Assembly (NCBI GenBank): GCA_963741945.1
Contig: CAVUKA010000006.1
Location: 224,001 to 288,000, forward strand
Direction of reading: 5' to 3'
Source: an uncultured Gemmatimonadales bacterium
GTDB lineage: Bacteria; Gemmatimonadota; Gemmatimonadetes; Longimicrobiales; RSA9
DNA length: 64,000 bases
Shown here: piece by piece, positions 1 to 7,849 of the stretch
How the letters are laid out: each line of letters begins with the position of its first letter
Position numbering within the stretch: position 1 is the stretch's first letter
Notes under the pieces: generated by a model
Seen by the model: only the letters and a program-made list of their open reading frames with translations
Told to the model about the DNA's origin: nothing
Databases searched by the model: none
Made by a program: the position numbers and the translations under genes

Positions 1-321
1 CCAACCCCGGTGTGCCGGCCCCGGATCGAAGGAGAACGAGAGCACGAACGGCCAGTGGATGAAGGCGAACCCCACGATCAGGATCGCCACCCACAGGATC
101 GGGGTGAGCGCGGCGATGGCCGGGCCGCCGAGCGTGAGGATGCGGTCGTTCGGTCGGCCGCGGCACCTGCCGACGAACCGCGTCAGGCGCCACACGGACC
201 GGCTCTGCACACGTGTGAGCGGACCCGCGTGGGCGGTGGGATGGAAAACCGTCAACAGGACGTCGGCCAGCACGAGGGCCACCAGGAGCGCGCCCGCCAG
301 GAGCACGGCGGCCGTCACCAC
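1..321 (-). CDS. Potassium channel family (Ion_trans_2-like) membrane protein, N-terminal part, runs off window
   Basis: Not in ORF track. Manual translation from GTG 321: VVTAAVLLAGALLVALVLADVLLTVFHPTAHAGPLTR...LGGPAIAALTPILWVAILIVGFAFIHWP, open to base 1. Two TM helices and a 'DVxxTVxHP..GPLT' pattern recalled from small K+ channel-like proteins; pore motif not inside window. Confidence 0.6.
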   Translation of the reverse strand, partial: MVTAAVLLAGALLVALVLADVLLTVFHPTAHAGPLTRVQSRSVWRLTRFVGRCRGRPNDRILTLGGPAIAALTPILWVAILIVGFAFIHWPFVLSFSFDPGPAHRGW

Positions 322-442
322 TCGGCGGCGTCGCTGAACACGTGGAGAGGAGCTTCGGACTGGGATCGCATGGCTGTCACTCCCGCTTCGGTGCGAACCC
401 GGCACCGTGCACGACCCGCGCCAGACTGCCGGGGCGGGTCGC

Positions 443-1873
443 TCAGGCGATCTCGTCCCGCGCCAGCCGCAGCGGAAGCCGGACTTCGAACCGGGTCCGC
501 CCGGGCTCCGCGTCCACGGTAATGCGTCCCCGATGACGGTTGACCACGATGTTGTGGGCCACGTGCAGACCCAGCCCCGTGCCCGTTCCCGCCGGCCGCG
601 TGGTGAAGAAGGGATCGAAGATGCGGGAGCGGATCTCGGCGGGGATCCCGGGGCCACTGTCGATCACGTCTACCACCACGTGGTCCCCGGACCGCCGGAC
701 CTGGAGCCGGATCCGGCCGTGGCCGTCCATGGCATCGATGGCGTTCGCGATCAGGTTCGTCCACACCTGGTTGATCTCGCTGCCGTACCCCTCGACGGGG
801 GGCAGGTCGGGCTCGTACTCGCGCTCGACCGTGACGCCCTCCTTCAGTCTGTGCTTCAGGATGACGAGCGTGGTCTCCAGCGTCTGGGGGATGTCCACGT
901 CCTGCACCGGGGCGCGGTCCATGTAAGCATAGCTCTTCACCGCCTTGACGATCTCCGAGACCTGCCGCGCGCTCGTCTCGATCTCTTCCCGCAGCCCGCG
1001 CGCCGCCAGGCCGGCGCCGAGCCATCGCAGCACAACCTCGAGCTGGTCGGCTGCCAGGCGCTCCGCCAGCGTCTCGACCCGCTCCACCGTCCATCCGTAG
1101 GCGACGAGGGGCTCCGCGATCTCCCAGCCGGCCTCCACCCCCCGTTCCTCCAGCCAGTCCGTCAGGCGGTCCTCCTCCAGGCTGCACGTCAGGGCGTCCG
1201 TTCTCGCCGGGCCGGGGCGGGTGAGGGCGTCTTCCAGCTCCTGCACGGCCGCCCCCCCGTCCTCGCCCGGCCGAAGCGCGCCCAGGCGCGCGGTCCACGC
1301 CTGCCACGCCTCCAGCGCTTCCCCCAGCTGCGCCACTGCGCGCTGGATCGCCGCGGCCGGGTTGTTCAGCTCGTGGGCCAGTCCCGCCGCCAGCGTGCCC
1401 AGCGACGCGAGCTTCTCCTGCTCCATGAGGGAGGACTCCGTGGAGCGGAGCCGGGCCGCCATGGTGCGGAGGATCGAGGCCGCAGCGTCGGGGCTGGCGG
1501 CCAGCAGCCCGCGGAACGCCGCCGGCTGGATCACGAGAAGCTCGCTCGGCTCGACGGCCCGCACCGTCGCTGACCGGGGCGCCCCCTCCAGCAGCGACAT
1601 CTCCCCCAGGAACTCCCCCGGCTCCCGCAGGGCCAGCACCACGTCCGCCCCGCTTTCCCGGGTGAGGACCTCGAGCCGCCCCTCCACGATGATGTGCAGC
1701 CCGTCCGCCGGCGTGCCTTCCTCCATCACGGTCTCACCGGCCGCGTAATGCTGGCGCGTGGCCATCCGGCAGAGGCGGCTCAGGTCGGCTTCGGCCAGAT
1801 CCGAGAACAGCGGGAGGCGACGCAGGAACTCCTTGTTCGTCCGGACCGTGCGGAGCGGGCCGGCGCCGGTCAT
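443..1873 (-). CDS. Sensor histidine kinase with N-terminal cyclic-nucleotide-binding domain
   Basis: Start ATG 1873 overlaps upstream stop (ATGA). cNMP motifs LPLFSDL, GEFLGEMSLL..PRSATVRA; H-box AGLAHELNNP, N-box NLIANAIDA, DSGPG, FFTT, GTGLGL. Confidence 0.93.
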   Translation of the reverse strand: MTGAGPLRTVRTNKEFLRRLPLFSDLAEADLSRLCRMATRQHYAAGETVMEEGTPADGLHIIVEGRLEVLTRESGADVVLALREPGEFLGEMSLLEGAPRSATVRAVEPSELLVIQPAAFRGLLAASPDAAASILRTMAARLRSTESSLMEQEKLASLGTLAAGLAHELNNPAAAIQRAVAQLGEALEAWQAWTARLGALRPGEDGGAAVQELEDALTRPGPARTDALTCSLEEDRLTDWLEERGVEAGWEIAEPLVAYGWTVERVETLAERLAADQLEVVLRWLGAGLAARGLREEIETSARQVSEIVKAVKSYAYMDRAPVQDVDIPQTLETTLVILKHRLKEGVTVEREYEPDLPPVEGYGSEINQVWTNLIANAIDAMDGHGRIRLQVRRSGDHVVVDVIDSGPGIPAEIRSRIFDPFFTTRPAGTGTGLGLHVAHNIVVNRHRGRITVDAEPGRTRFEVRLPLRLARDEIA

Positions 1874-3603
1874 CGGGAGGACACCGCGGCCGACCGCGGG
1901 GCGAGAACGGGTCCCGTCATGTGCTGGTGCACGAACTGCACGGCCATGGCGCCCTCGCCCACCGCCGAAGCCACACGCTTCACCGACCGGTGCCGTACGT
2001 CGCCGGCCACGAAGATCCCGGGCACGCTCGTCTCCAGCCAGAGCGGGGCCCGCCCTGGGGTCCACCCGGCGGGGCGCTCGCCATCGCGCAGGACGTCCGG
2101 GCCGGACAGGATGAAGCCGCGGGCGTCCCGTGCCACCAGTCCGCCCAGCCATTCCGTGCGCGGGACCGCGCCGATGAAGACGAAGACGGCGTGGGCCGCC
2201 AGCGTTTCCCTGGCCTCCGGCTCCCGCGTCTCCACCACGATCCGCTCCATCCGCTCGTCGCCTTCCATGGCCACCACCTGCGCGCCCGTGCGGACGGTGA
2301 TGTTCTCCGTCTCCTCGATCTGAGCGATGAGGTAGTGGGACATGCTCGTGGCCAGCGTCGGGCCGCGCGCCAGGATGGTGACCGACCGGGCGAATCGGGC
2401 CAGGTACATCGCGCCCTGGCCGGCGCTGTTCCCCGCCCCGATGACGAACACGTCCTCGCCCGTGGCCTCGATGGCTTCCGTGATCGCCGCCCCGTAGTAC
2501 ACGCCCGCCCCGGCCAGGCGGTCGGCCCCGGGCACGTCCAGCCGGCGGTACGACACGCCCGTCGATACCAGCAGCGCCTGGCCCGTGATCTCCGCGCCGT
2601 CCGAGAGCGTCACCACCGGATAGCCATCCTGGAGTCGCAGCGCAGTGGCTTCCGCAGGCGTCAGGATCTCCGCGCCGAAGCGCCGGGCCTGCGCCACCGC
2701 CCGCCGGGCCAGGTCGCCGCCGCTCAGACCCACGGGGAAGCCGAGGTAGTTCTCGATGCGCGAGCTCTGACCCGCCTGGCCGCCGGGCGCCTCCCGCTCG
2801 ATCAGCAGCGTCCGCAGCCCCTCCGACGCCCCGTACACGCCCGCCGCGAGTCCTGCCGGCCCCGCGCCCACGATCACCAGGTCGTATGCGTCCGCTTCCG
2901 CCTGCAGCCGCAGCCCGATCCGCTCCGCAATGGCCGGATTGTCGGGACGCGCCAGGTGCGAGCCATCCGGGAATACGACGAGCGGGAGCATTGCCGCGTC
3001 GTCGGCTCCGCCCCCGCCATGGTCGCCGCCGGCGCCCCCCGTCGCCAGCTCCAGGAGCCGGCGAGCCTCCGGATTCTCCTCCACGTCCAGCCACTGGAAG
3101 GGCGTGAGGTTCCGGGCCAGGAAATCCTTGACGCGATGGCCATCCGCGGACCACCGGTGACCGATCACGCGGACGCCTTCGAAGCGCGGACGGAAGCGTG
3201 CGCGCCACGTGTCCAGCAGGTCGGTGAGCACCGGGTACAGGTGCTCCTCCGGCGGGTCCCACGGCTTCATCAGGTAATGGTCCAGCCGGATCTCGTTGAT
3301 CGCGCTGATCGCCGCGTCCGTGTCGGCGTAGGCAGTCAGCAGCACCCGCTTCGCGTCCGGGAACAGGAGCATGGCTTCGCGGAGCATCTCCACCCCCGTC
3401 ATTCCCGGCATGCGCTGGTCGGCCAGGAAGAGCGCCACCGGCTCCTCCTTCAGCTTCAGCTCCCGCGCCGCTGCCAGCGCTTCCATGCCGGACGTGGCGC
3501 GCAGGATCCGGTACTCGGAGCCGTACTCCTTGCGCAGGTCACGGGCGACGGCGCTCAGGACGGCGGCCTCGTCGTCCACGGCGAAAATGATCGGCTTGGT
3601 CAT
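1870..3603 (-). CDS. Response-regulator receiver + glutaredoxin-like + thioredoxin-reductase-like FAD oxidoreductase fusion
   Basis: REC motifs VDDE, ADQRMP, LLTAY, MKPW; FAD motif VGAGPAG; IENYLGFP; NAD(P) motif IGAGNSA; C-terminal GIFVAGD...RVASAVGEG. No CxxC. Confidence 0.92.
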   Translation of the reverse strand: MTKPIIFAVDDEAAVLSAVARDLRKEYGSEYRILRATSGMEALAAARELKLKEEPVALFLADQRMPGMTGVEMLREAMLLFPDAKRVLLTAYADTDAAISAINEIRLDHYLMKPWDPPEEHLYPVLTDLLDTWRARFRPRFEGVRVIGHRWSADGHRVKDFLARNLTPFQWLDVEENPEARRLLELATGGAGGDHGGGGADDAAMLPLVVFPDGSHLARPDNPAIAERIGLRLQAEADAYDLVIVGAGPAGLAAGVYGASEGLRTLLIEREAPGGQAGQSSRIENYLGFPVGLSGGDLARRAVAQARRFGAEILTPAEATALRLQDGYPVVTLSDGAEITGQALLVSTGVSYRRLDVPGADRLAGAGVYYGAAITEAIEATGEDVFVIGAGNSAGQGAMYLARFARSVTILARGPTLATSMSHYLIAQIEETENITVRTGAQVVAMEGDERMERIVVETREPEARETLAAHAVFVFIGAVPRTEWLGGLVARDARGFILSGPDVLRDGERPAGWTPGRAPLWLETSVPGIFVAGDVRHRSVKRVASAVGEGAMAVQFVHQHMTGPVLAPRSAAVSSR

Positions 3604-3635
3604 GGGCTCCAGGGGTGTGTGGCCCGGCCGCAGCG

Positions 3636-6600
3636 CTACTCGGCTGCGCTGGCCGGAGTGAGCTTGATTTCGGTTCGGAGCTCGCCGGCGCGGGAGCGGG
3701 CGAGGGCGGCGTCATCGCCTCGCCCTGCGCGGTCGTGGATGCGTGCTTGCAGCTCCAGCGCCCGCGCTTCGTACGCCGGCATCTGCGCGGAGCGGTAGAA
3801 CTCCAGCGCGGGCGAGAGGGTCCGCACCGCTTCCTCGAGGCGGCCCTCCCGGAAATGGGCGCGCGCCAGGCGCTCGGAAGCCGTTGCGGCCGAATACTCG
3901 TCCTGGTCCGCCCGCGCGTTCGCGATGGCGTCCTCCAGCTCGCGCACGGCCGCGGCGGAGCCCTGCTCGAGGCCCACGGACGCGGTGCCCACGTGGATCC
4001 GGCTCCCGTACCCGCTCCACCCGCTCCAGTCCCCCTCCTCGAGGAACGTCCGGGCGCTGGCGAAGCTCCCCATGGCCCGGTCGAGCTCCTTCTTCTCGAG
4101 CTCGCCCATCCCCACCACATAGAACCCGGCGCAGGCACATTCGAAAGCGTTCCTGGAACGGGCCAGCTCCGTGCCACGGCGCGCGTGCTCCAGCCCTCGC
4201 TCCAGGTCGCCCAGCTCGTAGAAGACGCTGCCCACGATCAGGTGCACGTCCGCTTCCTTCACCGGGTGCCCTCCGCTCGGCGCCGCCGCCAGCGCTTCGT
4301 CGATCCGCGTCCGCGCCCGCTCGTAGTCGCCCGCTCGCGCGTATGCCAGCGCGCTGGAGGCCAGCGCATGCCCCTCGATCTCCGGCATCCCGTATTCGCG
4401 CGCCAGCACGATCACTTTCTCGAACTGCTCCACGGCCCGCCGCGGGTCCCGGTCGAGCAGCGTCTCGGTGGCGAAGAAGAAGGGCAGCAGCAGCAGCTGC
4501 TCCATCCCGAGCGCCGCCGCCAGCTCCGCGCTCTCCCGGATGTACGGTGCCGCCCGCGACGGCAGGCCCGTGACCATGTAGATGAGGGAGATCCACGACA
4601 GGATGCGGGCGAGTCTCACACCGTCATCGATGGCGCGCGCCCGCTCCTCCGCCTGCTGAAGCCGCTCCAGGACACCCTCGTAGTCCGCCAGCTTGTACCG
4701 GACCACTGCCCATCCCACGATCGCATCGAGCAGGCGCTCCGGCGGCGCATCGGGCAGCCGGGCCAGCGCTTCGAACGTGCGCTCGTAATGGCCACTCGCT
4801 TCGGTCAGCGCGTACAGCGATACGGCCCGCTCGGCCGCCTTCGTGGCATGGTGAGCCGTGCGCTCCGGATCGTTTCCCTGCCAGAAGTGATGGGCCAGCA
4901 CCGGGGCGAGTTCCTCGAGCCGGTCCGCGTACAGCGCCTCCAGCGCCGCGCCCGCCCGCGCGTGCAACTCCCGGCGACGCTGCTTCAGCAGCAGCTCGTA
5001 CGCCGCCTCCTGCGTCAGCGCATGCTTGAAAATGTACTCCCGCTCCGGGACCGTGGTCCGCTCACGCACGAGCTCTCCGTACGTCAGCGTCCCCAGGTGC
5101 GGATCGACGTTCTCGATCCGATCCGGCGGCGGCGCGGCGCGGCAGACCGACGCCAGCGCCCGATAGAAGAACGTGCGCCCCAGCACGGCGGCCGTCTGCG
5201 CCACCCGCTTCGTGGCATCCGGGAGCCGATCGATGCGCGCGCTCAGCACGCCGGCAAGCGTCTGGGGGATCGCCACGCTCGTGATCTCCCGCGTCGCCCG
5301 CCAGTGGCCGTCTTCGCGCACCACGTGCCCTGATTCGATCAGCGAGCGCAGCACCTCCTCGAGGAAGAACGGGTTCCCGTCCGACCGCCGCAGGATCAGC
5401 TCGCGCACGCTGCCGGGAAGCGCTTCGATGTGCAGCAGGTTGCCCAGCAGCTCGCCCGCACGCGCTCCGTCGAGAGGCTGCAGGTCCAGTCTCGCGTACC
5501 TCGACCCGAGGCTACCCGCCAGACGGTCCAGCAGCCCCCAGCTCGGCGCCTGCCGGTCCGGACGTAGCACGCACACCAGCAGCAGCGGCTCCGAGGCCGC
5601 GATCGTGGCCACCTGCCCGATCAGTTCCAGCGACGCACCATCCGCCCAGTGCAGGTCGTCGAACACCAGCACGTGCGGCCGCCCGGTGTCGCCCTGCGGT
5701 CCGCTCCCCTCGCGCATCACCGCCCGGAGCGCGCCGATCACCACGTCCGCGATCCGCTCCACCAGCGCCCCGCCCTCCAGCTCCCCCAGCGCCTTCCTCG
5801 CCGCGGGCGTCTCAACCGCCAGCAGCGTCTCCATGACCGGGAGCGCGGACGGATCGAGCGACAGCCGGTCCACGAACGCCTCCAGCCGCTCCCGCACTAC
5901 CGCCGGCCCCTCCATGTCCCCCGCACCGATCATCTCCCGACCCAGCTGCTGCCACGGCTGGTAGGCGAGCGACTGCCCGTACGAGACCGCCCGGCCTTCG
6001 TACCACGCCACACCGGCCGCCCCGGCACCCGACCGCACCTCGGCCATCAGCCGCGACTTGCCAATGCCGGCCTCGCCCACCACCGCCACCACGCTCCCGG
6101 CCCCACGACCCAACCCCTCCAGCGCCTCCGCCAGCGCCGACAGCTCCGCTTCCCGACCCACCAGCGGCGATGCCAGCCCTTCACCCTCCAGCCCGCGCGT
6201 CTTACCCGGCCGCGCTTTCGCTCCGAGCACCGCGAACGTCTCCACCGCTTCCTGCTTGCCCTTCAGCTCCACCACGCCCCGGGGCTCCAGCTCGAACAGC
6301 CCTCGCACCAGCCGGCGCGTCTCGCCGCTGATCAGGAGCGTTCCGGGCGACGCCAGCGATTGCAGCCTCGCGGCCACGTTCGCCGTGTCGCCCATGGCCG
6401 TGTACTCCGCCTTCACCTCATCGCCCATGTACGCCAGCACCGAAGTCCCGGAGTTGATCCCCACCCGCACCCGGAACTCCACACCGTAGCGACGCTCCAC
6501 CATCTCCCCGTACTCCGCCGCCGAGTCCAGCAGCGCCAGCCCGGCCCGCACTGCCCGCTCGGCATCGTCTTCGTGCGCTACCGGCGCGCCGAACAGCGCC

Positions 6601-6872
6601 AGCACCGCATCACCCATGAGCCGCGCGACCGTGCCGCCAAAGCGCGTCACCGCGGCATTCATGAAGCCGAACCCGCCGTTCATGATCGCCGCCCAGTCCT
6701 CCGGGTCCAGCCGCTCCGCCAATGCGGTCGAGCGGACCACGTCCGCGAACAACACCGACGTCAGCTTCCGCTCCCCCTCCACCGGCCGGGGGGCGTCCAG
6801 ACTCCCACCGCACCGGTTGCAGAATCGGGAGTGATCCGGGTTCTCGGTGGAACAGATGGGACAGACAATCAT
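3636..6872 (-). CDS. Class III adenylate/guanylate cyclase with Zn ribbon, STAND-like AAA ATPase and TPR-like helical C-terminus
   Basis: CPIC..FCNRC Zn ribbon; cyclase motifs LFADVVRST, MGDAVLALFG, RVGINSG, YTAMGDTANVAARL; Walker A GEAGIGKS, Walker B LVFDDLHW; GNPFFLEE; FKHALTQEAAY. Confidence 0.93.
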   Translation of the reverse strand: MIVCPICSTENPDHSRFCNRCGGSLDAPRPVEGERKLTSVLFADVVRSTALAERLDPEDWAAIMNGGFGFMNAAVTRFGGTVARLMGDAVLALFGAPVAHEDDAERAVRAGLALLDSAAEYGEMVERRYGVEFRVRVGINSGTSVLAYMGDEVKAEYTAMGDTANVAARLQSLASPGTLLISGETRRLVRGLFELEPRGVVELKGKQEAVETFAVLGAKARPGKTRGLEGEGLASPLVGREAELSALAEALEGLGRGAGSVVAVVGEAGIGKSRLMAEVRSGAGAAGVAWYEGRAVSYGQSLAYQPWQQLGREMIGAGDMEGPAVVRERLEAFVDRLSLDPSALPVMETLLAVETPAARKALGELEGGALVERIADVVIGALRAVMREGSGPQGDTGRPHVLVFDDLHWADGASLELIGQVATIAASEPLLLVCVLRPDRQAPSWGLLDRLAGSLGSRYARLDLQPLDGARAGELLGNLLHIEALPGSVRELILRRSDGNPFFLEEVLRSLIESGHVVREDGHWRATREITSVAIPQTLAGVLSARIDRLPDATKRVAQTAAVLGRTFFYRALASVCRAAPPPDRIENVDPHLGTLTYGELVRERTTVPEREYIFKHALTQEAAYELLLKQRRRELHARAGAALEALYADRLEELAPVLAHHFWQGNDPERTAHHATKAAERAVSLYALTEASGHYERTFEALARLPDAPPERLLDAIVGWAVVRYKLADYEGVLERLQQAEERARAIDDGVRLARILSWISLIYMVTGLPSRAAPYIRESAELAAALGMEQLLLLPFFFATETLLDRDPRRAVEQFEKVIVLAREYGMPEIEGHALASSALAYARAGDYERARTRIDEALAAAPSGGHPVKEADVHLIVGSVFYELGDLERGLEHARRGTELARSRNAFECACAGFYVVGMGELEKKELDRAMGSFASARTFLEEGDWSGWSGYGSRIHVGTASVGLEQGSAAAVRELEDAIANARADQDEYSAATASERLARAHFREGRLEEAVRTLSPALEFYRSAQMPAYEARALELQARIHDRAGRGDDAALARSRAGELRTEIKLTPASAAE

Positions 6873-6919
6873 GGCCGGCGACGGGGGTCCTGGGGCGAGG
6901 GTTGAGCGTGCAGTCCTTC

Positions 6920-7018
6920 AATATGGTGCCGGCCGACGCCCGCGTTCAAGGGTTATGTCGATGTCGATGTGGGGAATTGCCCCTCGCACTGGAACCGCGT
7001 GGCGCGCGCGCCTACATT
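6920..7018. promoter_or_regulatory. Candidate divergent sigma70-like promoters
   Basis: Minus: TTGAAC(6949-6944)-N18-CATATT(6925-6920) toward the cyclase. Plus: TGGAAC(6990)-N17-TACATT(7013) toward 7054. AT-richer island between divergent genes. Confidence 0.35.
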
Positions 7019-7053
7019 CACGTGGACTCCTACTCTCCGAGGAGAAGAACATC

Positions 7054-7758
7054 ATGAGCCCCATCCGCATTACCACGGCCGCAGCGGTCGTGCTCTCACT
7101 GGTTGCAGCGACGGCCCCCGCCGAGGCGCAGGAGACGGATCATTCCGTGTCCAGCGGCGGCATCATGGTCCCGGGCTGGCAGGGCGCCGTGGACTCGCGG
7201 GCTGCCGCGTCCGGGCAGACGGTGGCGGACTCCCGCTTCGTCGAGACGTCGGGGGGATACCACATCACCACCGGCCCGGCGACGACGTACTGGAATCCGG
7301 CGAACACGGCCGAGGGGGACTACACGGTGACGGCCACGTTCACCGAGCCGAAGTACATGAACCGGAACGACCACCCGCATCCCTACGGTCTGTTCATCGC
7401 CGGAAAGGACATGGGCACTGCCCGGGAGCAGATGCTGTATTGCGAGGCGTACGGGAACGGCACGTTCATCGTGCGCGGCTTCGGTCCGGAGCCGTTCCAG
7501 ATGAACGGCCGCAGCGGTGAAGCGAACCCGGCCGTCCACAAGGCGGCGGGCAAAGGGGAGCCGGTGACGCAGACGATCTCGATGTCGGTGAAGGGGGACC
7601 GCGTGGACTGCGCCATCAACGGGAAGGTGGTGGCCAGCTATCCCAGGTCGGAGGTTACCGGCCCGGGCAAGCTGTCGGCCACGGATGGCGTCTACGGGAT
7701 CCGGTTCGCCCACAACACCGAGGGAACGGTCACCGGTCTCGAGCTGACCCGGCCGTAG
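7054..7758 (+). CDS. Secreted beta-sandwich hypothetical protein (DUF1080/LamG-like)
   Basis: GAGGAG SD before ATG 7054; signal peptide ending AEA-Q; beta-rich sequence (GDYTVTATF, YGLFIAG, CAINGKVV, GVYGIRF). Confidence 0.75.
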   Translation: MSPIRITTAAAVVLSLVAATAPAEAQETDHSVSSGGIMVPGWQGAVDSRAAASGQTVADSRFVETSGGYHITTGPATTYWNPANTAEGDYTVTATFTEPKYMNRNDHPHPYGLFIAGKDMGTAREQMLYCEAYGNGTFIVRGFGPEPFQMNGRSGEANPAVHKAAGKGEPVTQTISMSVKGDRVDCAINGKVVASYPRSEVTGPGKLSATDGVYGIRFAHNTEGTVTGLELTRP

Positions 7759-7772
7759 CTCAGCGGCGAGGC

Positions 7773-7842
7773 GGCGCCGTCGCGGCTTGCGACGGCGCCA
7801 TCCTCGGCGGCGGCGGATCCGTTCGCCGGACCCGCCGCCCGC
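7773..7842. terminator. Tandem GC-rich hairpins between convergent genes
   Basis: Perfect 11-bp stem GGCGCCGTCGC-GGCTT-GCGACGGCGCC (7773-7799), then a second imperfect stem; no U-tract. Confidence 0.55.
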
Positions 7843-7849
7843 CCGGGGA

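Noticed and set aside
443-3262. Track ORFs with long N-terminal extensions (also 11688-14558, 31742-33754, 36334-39450, 33780-34856)
   Set aside because: Extensions overlap other real genes and are Arg/Gly/Pro-rich; starts were reset to SD- or overlap-supported codons.
6956-6972. ATGTCG direct repeats in the divergent promoter region
   Set aside because: Two exact copies plus one imperfect; too short to distinguish from chance.
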